DNA from: a virus
Taxonomy: Duplodnaviria > Caudoviricetes
Reading direction: 5' to 3' (one strand)
DNA: 28,098 nt
IMG/VR virus record: IMGVR_UViG_3300043580_000055
Coordinates: 1 to 28,098 of that record
The notes under the pieces are model-generated. The model was not told the origin of the DNA and ran no database searches. It was given only the letters and a program-made list of their open reading frames with translations. Positions within the stretch are counted from its first letter, which is position 1; each line of letters begins with the position of its first letter. The translations under genes were made by a program, and so were the position numbers. This document shows, one piece after another, positions 18,133-25,905 of this stretch.

Positions 18133-18300
18133 TCACTCATCGAACAGTGAGAGGACCGCACCACAACTGCAACGATGCTCGCCGTTGTGGGTCATGGTTG
18201 GCTCGCTGACTGACAGCGCACACACATGGGTCACTGGCATCGAGTTCGGGGTCTCGACTCGCGGTGCTTCCCAACGGTGATTGCAGATCGGATCGCTCAT
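18133..18300 (-). CDS. Small Cys/His-rich hypothetical protein (55 aa)
   Basis: MSDPICNHRW...HVC...HRCSCG; ATG at 18300 overlaps the upstream stop (ATGA). Confidence 0.6.
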   Translation of the reverse strand: MSDPICNHRWEAPRVETPNSMPVTHVCALSVSEPTMTHNGEHRCSCGAVLSLFDE

Positions 18301-18512
18301 TCGTGCAACTCCCGGATTGACACGCTCAGCCGCTTGCGGGTGTGCTTGCCTTCCACGACGAACGTGGCGCGGTTGTCGTTGGTCGATGCGTCGACGCTGA
18401 TCAACGACAGGTCGAGCCCGCCGTGCAGTAAGCTGCCGATCACGTAGCCCGACACCATCGTCACCAACGGATCGGGACCCTGCCCTGATGGGGTATCTGC
18501 TGGCGGCGTCAC
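18297..18512 (-). CDS. Hypothetical protein
   Basis: 71 aa, 4-nt overlaps at both ends, GAGGT RBS. Confidence 0.65.
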   Translation of the reverse strand: MTPPADTPSGQGPDPLVTMVSGYVIGSLLHGGLDLSLISVDASTNDNRATFVVEGKHTRKRLSVSIRELHE

Positions 18513-18964
18513 AGCGTGACCTCGCCGTCTGCCACCATCCGCAGCAGCTTGGCTGCCTCGGCGCCGGTCGCTTCCTCGCGGACCGCTTCCAGCGAGATGC
18601 GGTTGTCGTAGAGTCCGGCGGCGCGCATCGCGTCACCGAGGAACAGCCGGTCCTGCTGCATGGTGTCGAGTCCGAGGTATTCCCCGGCGTATTGGGCGAC
18701 GGTCATGTCGTGCCAGTGTTCGCTCAACGGCCCGCGAGGTTGCCAGCCGTTGCGGAGGGCGACGGTTGCCGCCCACCCGGCGATACAGCCGACCGCGCCG
18801 CACGTCGCGTCGAGTCCGCCGACGTCGTCCAGCTTGTCCATGAACATGATGCCGCTCTCGTCGTCATCCATGTTGCGGGCTGCCCAGATGCTGTAGTCGA
18901 AGCCGTCGTTGGCTTCGATCATGTCGGCCACTGCGCGAAACCTGAGTTGATGAATCTTGTTCAT
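18509..18964 (-). CDS. Hypothetical phage protein (CG..GCIAGWA motif)
   Basis: 151 aa, ATGA coupling; TCGAVGCIAGWA and AGEYLGL...RLF pattern recalled from uncharacterised phage proteins. Confidence 0.75.
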   Translation of the reverse strand: MNKIHQLRFRAVADMIEANDGFDYSIWAARNMDDDESGIMFMDKLDDVGGLDATCGAVGCIAGWAATVALRNGWQPRGPLSEHWHDMTVAQYAGEYLGLDTMQQDRLFLGDAMRAAGLYDNRISLEAVREEATGAEAAKLLRMVADGEVTL

Positions 18965-19407
18965 GATGGGGTCTTACCGTTCCTTCCGTTCTTGCGAACA
19001 ATGGGTTGTGATGTTGGTTGGGTGACTGACTCGTCCCACTGACGAACCTGGGCGTATTGACGGACGCCTTCCTCACGTCGGCGGCGACGTTCTGCTCGCA
19101 ACGCCGATGCCGAGAACAGACGGGTGCCATCCTCGGGTACGGGCTGCATGTATCCCGGCGCATGTCGGTAGCCGCGTGACAGCAACTCGCCGAAGCGAGG
19201 GGCGATCAAGTCATCGCGGATGCCGAGGCAGCGCAGGCATTGGTAGACGTGTAGCTCGCCGAACTTGGCAGGTCGGTCGGGCTCGCATTCTTGCCAGGCG
19301 TGGCCGAGTGATCGACAGTCCAGGTATGCGTCTGGAAGGTCGCGCGCTCTTGCCTGTTGTGCCAGCGATTCTCGTCGCTGTTTGTCGGTCATCTTCTTAT
19401 CTGCCAT
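18961..19407 (-). CDS. Hypothetical Zn-binding protein
   Basis: 148 aa; CRSLGH...CLRC ligand set; RBS GAAAGG preceded by CGAATCAACCCA. Confidence 0.75.
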   Translation of the reverse strand: MADKKMTDKQRRESLAQQARARDLPDAYLDCRSLGHAWQECEPDRPAKFGELHVYQCLRCLGIRDDLIAPRFGELLSRGYRHAPGYMQPVPEDGTRLFSASALRAERRRRREEGVRQYAQVRQWDESVTQPTSQPIVRKNGRNGKTPS

Positions 19408-19597
19408 TGGGTTTGCCTTTCTTTGCTGGGTTGATTCGGAAGATCGCCGGACACGTTGCTTCGTGGTTGGCGATCGCTTGCTCTAACGACGTGCCCTTCA
19501 CGGCGCGGGTAACGCCGTGACAATGCGGGCACTCGTGTTTGCGGCCGCGCCGCGGTGCGCCGTACAAGACGACGGGTGGCTTCGGCTTACGTGGCAT
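19397..19597 (-). CDS. Small basic Zn-finger protein
   Basis: MPRKPKPP...CPHC...HEATC; start may instead be the GTG at 19606. Confidence 0.6.
   Translation of the reverse strand: MPRKPKPPVVLYGAPRRGRKHECPHCHGVTRAVKGTSLEQAIANHEATCPAIFRINPAKKGKPNGR
19427..19438 (-). repeat. Start-associated box CGAATCAACCCA (exact copies also at 23190-23201 and 23621-23632)
   Basis: 12-nt exact repeat just upstream of RBSs; core CAACCCA also at 19002, 21478, 24090, 24654 and 25894. Confidence 0.75.
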
Positions 19598-20030
19598 CTT
19601 CGACACTCAGTAACTGTCGGAGACGGTCGTAGGCCTCGGCCTTCTCACGGTTCACTTCGGCCTGCATTCGCAAGCCTTCGACGGTGATCGCGTGTTCAGC
19701 GATCTGTCGTCGCATGTCCGTGAACTCGGCATCGAAGGAATCGAGTTTGTCGACAAGGTCTTGCACCATGTCGAGCAACGCCAATGCTGCTTCGAGTACT
19801 TCGTTGACGACGACTGCTGATCGCGGTCGTCGTTCTGCCCGCCGCCGTTGGGCGGCTTGTCCGCTGTGCTGTCGGTAATGACGCGGCACTGACTCACGCG
19901 TCTCGACGACGTAGTTGCACTTCGGCCAGGTGCAGCCGTAGAGCGTCGTGTCGTTCGACATCATGAGTGCGTTGGTGGTGTCACTCAGCCGCACCGTCTC
20001 AGTGACGACCGGCCGAGCGTTCTCGCTCAC
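19587..20030 (-). CDS. C2H2 zinc-finger / basic / coiled-coil protein, putative DNA-binding regulator
   Basis: GTG at 20030 overlaps the upstream stop (GTGA); YGCTWPKC-x12-HYRQHSG, then QRRRAERRPR, then a heptad-rich helix. Confidence 0.65.
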   Translation of the reverse strand: MSENARPVVTETVRLSDTTNALMMSNDTTLYGCTWPKCNYVVETRESVPRHYRQHSGQAAQRRRAERRPRSAVVVNEVLEAALALLDMVQDLVDKLDSFDAEFTDMRRQIAEHAITVEGLRMQAEVNREKAEAYDRLRQLLSVEDAT

Positions 20031-20245
20031 TGAGCAACCTTTAACCGTGCATCGTCGATGCGACGTGCCTTCTGCGAGATGGCCGAACATGCCTCGATTT
20101 CGTCGAGCGTGTTCTGGCGTTCGATCGGGTTGCCGTTGATCCGTTCAAGTTTCTTGATCAGCGATTGCCGATGAATGTCAGCCATCTTGGCGTTGACCGA
20201 CAACTCATAGTCGGTCAACGGCAGCATGTTGATGCGGTCACTCAT
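20027..20245 (-). CDS. Hypothetical protein (72 aa)
   Basis: ATG at 20245 after strong RBS GGAAGGAGG; MSDRINMLPL... Confidence 0.7.
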   Translation of the reverse strand: MSDRINMLPLTDYELSVNAKMADIHRQSLIKKLERINGNPIERQNTLDEIEACSAISQKARRIDDARLKVAQ

Positions 20246-20792
20246 TTCTTCCTCCTTCCTCTGCTGTTGGGAACAAACGGTCGAGTTCCTTGCGGAAGTC
20301 GGATACCTCGGCATCGACGTCCTTGACGCCGAGCAACAGGTCGCGCAGACCGACATTGCCGATCCCGGTCGACATCACCAAGTGATTGGCGAGGTCAGCG
20401 GGCAAGCGACGTCGGCCGACCCGTTCGATGACCTCGTCGAGTTGGGTGCGATTGGCATGGACCTGTCTGGGGTCCCAACCTGGCGCCGTCTCCAACCGCA
20501 ACACCTGAGCGATGTGAGTGTGCTCACCCTCTGGGTGCTTGTGGTCTTCGTCGATGCAGATCAGGTTGATCTGAACGATCGTCACCGCGCGTAGACCGGC
20601 GAGGTCATCGGGAATCCAGTCGGTGAGTTCCGCTTTGACTTCGTCGGTGACCTCGAAGGTTTCGGTCGTCGTCGTCGGCTGCGCAGCCATGTAGAGCAAC
20701 TGCGCGACGTGAGTGATTTCGATCGTTTCTTCGAGCAGCCCACGGATCAACGAAATCGTGAGGTCGACGTACATCTCCGGTTCGAGGCTCAT
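20238..20792 (-). CDS. Hypothetical protein (184 aa)
   Basis: ATG at 20792 overlaps the upstream stop; MSLEPEMYV... Confidence 0.7.
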   Translation of the reverse strand: MSLEPEMYVDLTISLIRGLLEETIEITHVAQLLYMAAQPTTTTETFEVTDEVKAELTDWIPDDLAGLRAVTIVQINLICIDEDHKHPEGEHTHIAQVLRLETAPGWDPRQVHANRTQLDEVIERVGRRRLPADLANHLVMSTGIGNVGLRDLLLGVKDVDAEVSDFRKELDRLFPTAEEGGRNE

Positions 20793-21460
20793 GCCAGCGA
20801 CTCCCGCGTCAGGTACGGCAGCATCACGTCGAGCAAGGCGTCGACTTCTTCGGCCTTGTCGAGCGGTTCGCGATCCGATCGCCGAATCTCGGTCGGTAGC
20901 CATTCCATGCCACCGCCTTCGATACGTCGATGCGCCGACGTCAACCGGGCCCACTCGCCGATCCCGGCCGAGTCGGTCATCGCCACGTAGGTGGCAAGCG
21001 CTTCCAGCACCTTCGAGTCCGGGTTGGTCTCGAAGTCTTCCTGCAGCGTGCCTGCCATCGCCAACGCCTTCTCGCGATCGTTCTCCGCGCCGTACTGGAA
21101 CTGTTCCAGCGACAGCCAGATTTCTTCGAGGGGAACGTCAGGTGGTGGGAGCCGAATCTTGCCGCCACCAACCGCCGGTGGTCGTCGCTGATGATTGACG
21201 ACCATGTCCAAGATGGCGTGCAGCACCACCGATGGTCGCATCGCGTTGTCCACGACGGATTGGGGCGCGCCTCTACGCTGCAACGCCTCAGTCAGTCCCG
21301 TCGTCGATTGCAACAGGTCGATCACCGCCGAGTGGGTGTGGCCTTGCCAGTGCAACGCCAGTACCGGCGGCATGTTGTATTGACCGTGCTCGACGACGAG
21401 ATGTTCCTTGCCTTCGCGCACCGTGTCATGAATCTTGATGAGGTCTTCGTCCGAGTACAT
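20789..21460 (-). CDS. Hypothetical protein (223 aa)
   Basis: ATG at 21460 after GAAAGGAAGG and a CAACCCA box; MYSDEDL... Confidence 0.75.
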   Translation of the reverse strand: MYSDEDLIKIHDTVREGKEHLVVEHGQYNMPPVLALHWQGHTHSAVIDLLQSTTGLTEALQRRGAPQSVVDNAMRPSVVLHAILDMVVNHQRRPPAVGGGKIRLPPPDVPLEEIWLSLEQFQYGAENDREKALAMAGTLQEDFETNPDSKVLEALATYVAMTDSAGIGEWARLTSAHRRIEGGGMEWLPTEIRRSDREPLDKAEEVDALLDVMLPYLTRESLA

Positions 21461-21489
21461 CGGACCTTCCTTTCGTTTGGGTTGGTGAA

Positions 21490-21531
21490 TGCCAGCAGCC
21501 CGCCGGTCTATAGACCAGCGGGCTGCCAACA
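21490..21531 (-). promoter_or_regulatory. Long intergenic RNA hairpin (attenuator, processing site or stabiliser)
   Basis: On - strand TGTTGGCAGCCCGCTGGTC-TATA-GACCGGCGGGCTGCTGGCA, 19 bp with 4 G-U pairs valid only on -; no U-tract. Confidence 0.6.
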
Positions 21532-21537
21532 AGAGGT

Positions 21538-21556
21538 CCACTCATCGGATGAGTGG
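21538..21556. promoter_or_regulatory. Palindrome copy 3 (CCACTCATC-G-GATGAGTGG)
   Basis: Perfect 9-bp inverted repeat, intergenic. Confidence 0.7.
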
Positions 21557-21564
21557 GTGAAGGT

Positions 21565-21623
21565 GGGGGCGGCGGAAGTTCCACCCGGTGACTACTCCGC
21601 TCTTACCTCCGGGCACGACCCCC
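21565..21623 (-). ncRNA. Candidate structured RNA (pseudoknot within a closing stem)
   Basis: Three 6-bp helices GGGGGT/GCCCCC, GCCCGG/CCGGGT and GCGGAG/TTCCGC in order A-B-C-B'-C'-A'; no family recognised. Confidence 0.3.
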
Positions 21624-21628
21624 AGGAC

Positions 21629-23170
21629 TCAGTCGTTGGTCGAGAGGTTCCCCGTCAACGGCTTGCCGGTCTCGGTCTTCAAACCGAGCGGGGCACCGTC
21701 CAGCTTGGCGTCGATGGCGCTTGCCGCCATCTCGTAGACGTCGCCCTTATCGAGCGTGTCCACACTGAGCGAGATGCCCTCACCCATCGCCGTCTTGATC
21801 GCCTCGCGGAATGCTTCGTCGAGGGCGGGCAGGGGTGTCGGCCGCTTGGCGGTCAAGTCCTGCAACTCCCACTGACGGCGCATCAACGTGGCGCCGGTGA
21901 CCAGGTCGTCGGTTCCGACCTTGATGTTGTCCGACGAGTGAGTACGGGCGATCACGGAACGGATGACCTTGCTCATGCCACCCACGATCCACGCCGGGGT
22001 GTAGTCGTGGAACGCCTCGAAGGCGGCAGCCCAATCGACGTCGTCGGCGAGCCGCTCCTTCAACCGCATCTGGATCAGACGCGTGAACGCATCCTGGTCG
22101 GGCAGGCCGACCTCGATGTAGTCGTCGACGCGACCCTGACGCAGAAACGCCGAGTTGATCTGATCTGGGAAGTTGGTCGTCATCATGATCAGGATGCGGT
22201 CGCTCTTGGCGACCGAGCCATCGAGGTTGTCGAGTGCCTGCGACCGATCTTTGTCGGCCATCTTCTCGATGTCTTCGATGAACAGCCCGACGATGCCGGT
22301 CTTGGTCATGTAGTTGCGGGCAACGCGCAGCCCGTTCGCCATGTCCTGTGCGGAACCGCCAGCCTTGACGATGATGCCGGTCATCCCCATCTCGAACAGC
22401 AATGACTGAGCGACGTTGAACAGCAGCGTCTTGCCGGTCCCTGGCGGGCCCGACAGCAACACCGACCGCTTCGGCCGCTCACCGGCGCGGATCAACTCGT
22501 CGAGGTCCACGATCGGGGAGATGCACGCAACCTTGATCGCTTCCGCGAGTTCGGCGTTGAACACCACCTGATTGCGATCGAAGTTGGCGACGTTGATGTA
22601 CTCGTAGTCGGACGTGATGATCTGTCCGCGGTAGATCGACCTTTCTTCGAGTTCCTCGCGGATGAACGCGAAGAAGCCGTTGATTGCGTCCTGGCAGAAA
22701 CGCCGGAACTGGAACTCGACCCGACCAGTACCGTCCGGGAGTGCCACCGCACGGCACTTCCCGTCGAGTCCGGGGATCGTCATCCAGTCACCGGGGATCG
22801 TCTCGTGACGCATCTTGCCCTTGCTGTCGAAGCCGGTGTCGACCACTCGCTCGGACGGCAGCTTGAAGGGGCTGGCCTTGACGGAACGGGCAACGCCGCC
22901 GTCGCAGCGACGCAGCACACGAGTCATGCACACGGCAACGTCGTTGTAGCCGTAGGACAGGTTCTCGTGCTGCGACACGTATTCGTACATGGCGTCGACC
23001 TCGTCGCAGTAGACCTGCTTCGAGGACAACGGGTCCTGGGCGTACTGCCCAGGTGACTTGAACTGATGGTTGCCTGCCGGGAACACGACCGGGCGGGCGT
23101 TGTCCGGTGTGCCGCCGACCTTGCGAACAAGGTCGTTGAAGGACAGGGTTGCGAGTGCCTGAGATGGCAT
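21629..23170 (-). CDS. AAA+ ATPase
   Basis: Walker A GPPGTGKT, Walker B LFIEDIE, sensor-1 MTTN, second region of homology AFLRQGRVD. ATG at 23170 after GAAAGG; 513 aa. Confidence 0.9.
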   Translation of the reverse strand: MPSQALATLSFNDLVRKVGGTPDNARPVVFPAGNHQFKSPGQYAQDPLSSKQVYCDEVDAMYEYVSQHENLSYGYNDVAVCMTRVLRRCDGGVARSVKASPFKLPSERVVDTGFDSKGKMRHETIPGDWMTIPGLDGKCRAVALPDGTGRVEFQFRRFCQDAINGFFAFIREELEERSIYRGQIITSDYEYINVANFDRNQVVFNAELAEAIKVACISPIVDLDELIRAGERPKRSVLLSGPPGTGKTLLFNVAQSLLFEMGMTGIIVKAGGSAQDMANGLRVARNYMTKTGIVGLFIEDIEKMADKDRSQALDNLDGSVAKSDRILIMMTTNFPDQINSAFLRQGRVDDYIEVGLPDQDAFTRLIQMRLKERLADDVDWAAAFEAFHDYTPAWIVGGMSKVIRSVIARTHSSDNIKVGTDDLVTGATLMRRQWELQDLTAKRPTPLPALDEAFREAIKTAMGEGISLSVDTLDKGDVYEMAASAIDAKLDGAPLGLKTETGKPLTGNLSTND

Positions 23171-23210
23171 GGGATTGGGCCTTTCATTGTGGGTTGATTC
23201 GGTAGTGCTG

Positions 23211-23245
23211 AGTGAGTGAGCGTCGAACATCGACGCCCACTCACT
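23211..23245 (-). promoter_or_regulatory. Intergenic RNA hairpin overlapping palindrome copy 4
   Basis: On - strand AGTGAGTGGGCGTCGA-TGT-TCGACGCTCACTCACT, 16 bp with one G-U pair valid only on -. Confidence 0.6.
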
Positions 23246-23255
23246 GGATGAGTGG
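23237..23255. promoter_or_regulatory. Palindrome copy 4 (CCACTCA-CTGGA-TGAGTGG)
   Basis: 7-bp arms, 5-nt spacer, intergenic upstream of the AAA ATPase. Confidence 0.7.
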
Positions 23256-23261
23256 AAGCTA

Positions 23262-23603
23262 TTACTCATCTGGGTCGAGCAACGCGATCGGTATCGTGAT
23301 GCACCCCAGAAGCTGGTCTTGGGTCGGGTCCGGGTCATCCCAGGTGAGATGGCAACGAATCTCCAACTCACCTTCCTTGGTGGACGGCACGATGTAGACC
23401 AGGATGTTGCGGTTGCTGCGATCAGGCCACACTTCCCAACCGACCGCGCCGAGGCGAACGTTGCCCCACGGTAGGTAGGTGATGCGATGCACCTGATCGC
23501 GGAAACCTGATACCGGCACCACGACCGGTACCTCGTATTGCGGCCACGGCTCCGGTGGCCGACGACGCCTGGGCTCGGGCTCAGGCTTCTTGGGTTTGGT
23601 CAT
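23262..23603 (-). CDS. Hypothetical protein
   Basis: 113 aa; RBS GAGGAAGG preceded by CGAATCAACCCA. Confidence 0.7.
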   Translation of the reverse strand: MTKPKKPEPEPRRRRPPEPWPQYEVPVVVPVSGFRDQVHRITYLPWGNVRLGAVGWEVWPDRSNRNILVYIVPSTKEGELEIRCHLTWDDPDPTQDQLLGCITIPIALLDPDE

Positions 23604-24075
23604 TCAGTTGTCCTTCCTCTTGGGTTGATTCGTCACGCGGGCAGCCGGTCTCGTGGTGCTTCTCGATGCCGGTCTCGTTGGCGTTGTCCCACATGCCATG
23701 GATCACGTCGACCGTCCACTTACAGGCGGTGGTCAGCGTGTCGGGCACGTCGTTGATGGCGATCGGGCCACCGGGCTCGAACCACATCGAGTCGTGCGCT
23801 TGGTAGCCACACTCCGGGCACTTGCCGTGATAGAGCGCGATCGCGACGTAACTGATCGTGTCGCTGTCACGCTCTGCCACTTCCAGCAGGTAGCCCATGT
23901 AGTAGTCGCCGTCGAGGATCAGCGGTATGCCGTTGATATAGGTGTCGTCGGTGACATCCCACATCCCCGCTTGCGTGAAGCGGTCCTGGGTGCCCCAGTT
24001 GTAGCGCAGGGCTTCCAGGTGATCGTCAATGCCGATCCAGAACCACACGATGTCATCGCGCGTTGCTGTAGTCAT
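23581..24075 (-). CDS. Hypothetical acidic protein with CPEC motif
   Basis: 164 aa; RBS GAAAGGAAGG preceded by ATCAACCCA. Confidence 0.75.
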   Translation of the reverse strand: MTTATRDDIVWFWIGIDDHLEALRYNWGTQDRFTQAGMWDVTDDTYINGIPLILDGDYYMGYLLEVAERDSDTISYVAIALYHGKCPECGYQAHDSMWFEPGGPIAINDVPDTLTTACKWTVDVIHGMWDNANETGIEKHHETGCPRDESTQEEGQLNDQTQEA

Positions 24076-24103
24076 TGCCTTCCTTTCATTGGGTTGATGA
24101 GAT

Positions 24104-24637
24104 TCAGCTGATGATGTTTGCCTTGCGAATGCGGTCGTTGTGTGCCTTCGCCAAGTCCTGCCGTTGGTGATGGAAGAACGTGCCGTCGTTGCGTTCGGTC
24201 GTCAGCTTCGGATGCGCTCCCGGCCCGTCGAACTTGAAACAGTTGGTGCCTGCCTCGGCGTCACAGCGCGGACAGTCGAACTCCCTGGCGCCCTTGAACA
24301 AGGCCTGGATGCCCTTCTTGTACTGCGGCTTCTTGTGTCCTTGCGCTTTGATCTTCGGCAACGCGTTCGGTGTCGGGTACGGCGGCAACTCGTCAGCGAA
24401 GACCCGGTCGCGGTCGTTCTTGACCTCAATCAGAATCGTGTCGACAACGGTGGCCGAGAGTTGTGCCTTGACGACGTAGGCACGCGCCTCCGCCAACGCC
24501 AACAAGATGTTGTCGAGGTCGAGATGGTCGTTGTGGTCGATCTTGTCGATCGTCATCACGAGTGCATCGTCGACCGCCTGCGCGATCTTGCTGACGTCCT
24601 GTTGGTATGTCCTGGGTTTGGATGGTGTTTGGGGCAT
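24104..24637 (-). CDS. Hypothetical protein with C-terminal Zn-finger
   Basis: 177 aa; CPRCDAEAGTNC...H..R resembles the CPxCxA..G..C..H..R finger common in actinophage proteins. Confidence 0.75.
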   Translation of the reverse strand: MPQTPSKPRTYQQDVSKIAQAVDDALVMTIDKIDHNDHLDLDNILLALAEARAYVVKAQLSATVVDTILIEVKNDRDRVFADELPPYPTPNALPKIKAQGHKKPQYKKGIQALFKGAREFDCPRCDAEAGTNCFKFDGPGAHPKLTTERNDGTFFHHQRQDLAKAHNDRIRKANIIS

Positions 24638-24648
24638 TGCTGCTCTTT

Positions 24649-24930
24649 CTATTTGGGTTGATCGTGTTGAGGGATGATGACCTCAACGGTGTGTTGACAG
24701 TTGCGCATCACGGCCGGGTCTTCGCGGACGTAGATGCCTGATTGGGTTGGGAAACCGCACCAGCAGCACAGCAAGGCGATGCCTTTACGCAGCTTGACCC
24801 GATGCGGTTGTACGCCTGGATGGAGTTTGTTCCAGCACTCGTTGCAGATGTTGTGGTTCCAGTCGGACGACTTCATCCGTTCGTCGTGCTCCCACGATTC
24901 GATGTCATACCGTTGGTCCCACCCGCTCAT
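24649..24930 (-). CDS. Small Cys-rich protein (93 aa)
   Basis: ATG at 24930 after AAGGG; HNICNEC...CCWCG...C. Confidence 0.65.
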   Translation of the reverse strand: MSGWDQRYDIESWEHDERMKSSDWNHNICNECWNKLHPGVQPHRVKLRKGIALLCCWCGFPTQSGIYVREDPAVMRNCQHTVEVIIPQHDQPK

Positions 24931-25180
24931 CGCCCTTACCCTTCTCGTCGGTGGGCCGGTCCAATGTCGTGACACCACTGATTCCTTTCGCGCCGGTCTT
25001 CTTCAAGACAGCGTCGGTGAGATAGCTGTCGGCTTGGATCGCACGCACGTCAATGGTGCGTCCGTCCATCAACAGGAAGCGGTAGGTCATCACTTCGTAG
25101 ACCGCAACGCAGACTCCGTCGTCTTGGTCATCGAGTGTGATCTTGGGTGTGATCGGTGGTTTCCTAGTCGTTGCTGGCAT
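24905..25180 (-). CDS. Hypothetical protein (91 aa)
   Basis: ATG at 25180 after GAGAGGAAG; MPATTRKP... Confidence 0.65.
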   Translation of the reverse strand: MPATTRKPPITPKITLDDQDDGVCVAVYEVMTYRFLLMDGRTIDVRAIQADSYLTDAVLKKTGAKGISGVTTLDRPTDEKGKGDERVGPTV

Positions 25181-25403
25181 CGTTGGCTTCCTCTCTGCAG
25201 CCGATACGGCGGCAGTAATGGGTGTGGTGGTGGATGGGTTGCGGTGTGGGCCGACGTGGATTGCGCACGATCGACGTGAAGTCGTCCGGTCGCGGTCGCG
25301 AGTCACGCCAGATGAGGATCACCATCGCCATCGCGGCGACGATGAACGCCACCGCGGCGAAGGCCAATCTGGCGTAGTTCGCAGCAGTCATTGCTGTGGT
25401 CAA
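25164..25403 (-). CDS. Small membrane protein
   Basis: 79 aa; LAFAAVAFIVAAMAMVILIW helix; AGGAG RBS; C-terminal HYCRRIGC. Confidence 0.7.
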   Translation of the reverse strand: MTTAMTAANYARLAFAAVAFIVAAMAMVILIWRDSRPRPDDFTSIVRNPRRPTPQPIHHHTHYCRRIGCREEANDASND

Positions 25404-25660
25404 CTCAACTCCTGTTCCAACTGCATATCGAGTTGCGCCTTGGTCGGTGTCTTGGCGCCACGGATGACGTCCATGTTGAAGACGTAGACCGCTTCGTCGA
25501 TGTACTCGCGCGCCTTACTAAGACGCGAACGGACGCGCTGACATGGCACGCCGTTCTGTGTCTCCATCGTGTGCGCCTGGGCGTACATCGCCGTCGCCAA
25601 CTTCTGCAGGTTGACGAGCGCCTCGTAGTACTGCTGGTTCTGTTCGTCCTGCAGGCTCAT
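25400..25660 (-). CDS. Hypothetical helical protein
   Basis: 86 aa; 4-nt overlaps at both ends. Confidence 0.7.
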   Translation of the reverse strand: MSLQDEQNQQYYEALVNLQKLATAMYAQAHTMETQNGVPCQRVRSRLSKAREYIDEAVYVFNMDVIRGAKTPTKAQLDMQLEQELS

Positions 25661-25881
25661 GCGCCACCTGCCGGGTGACGTAGCAACGACAGCATCTGAC
25701 TGTTGGCTGCCTGGGCGTGAGCGATCAGCACAGGCAGCTTGGAGTTGTGTGGCTCGCAGTTCATCACCACCGCCGCCAACATGGCGTAGGTGAGATTCAT
25801 CTGCGTGAGCGCATCACAGACCAGGGTTTGCACGTCGACGTTGTCTTCATCGCAGACGCGCAGGTTGGGTGGTGTGTTCAT
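25657..25881 (-). CDS. Hypothetical protein
   Basis: 74 aa; RBS GAAAGGAAG preceded by CAACCCAACCCA and palindrome copy 5. Confidence 0.7.
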   Translation of the reverse strand: MNTPPNLRVCDEDNVDVQTLVCDALTQMNLTYAMLAAVVMNCEPHNSKLPVLIAHAQAANSQMLSLLRHPAGGA

Positions 25882-25905
25882 TGCTTCCTTTCATGGGTTG
25901 GGTTG

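Noticed and set aside
21560-21623. tRNA or tmRNA (GGGGG...CCCCCACC ends)
   Set aside because: No TTC T-loop, no cloverleaf, no G3-U70 pair, too short.
20930-22405. 491-aa + strand ORF across the intergenic region
   Set aside because: Antisense to the AAA ATPase and its neighbour, composition typical of a shadow frame.
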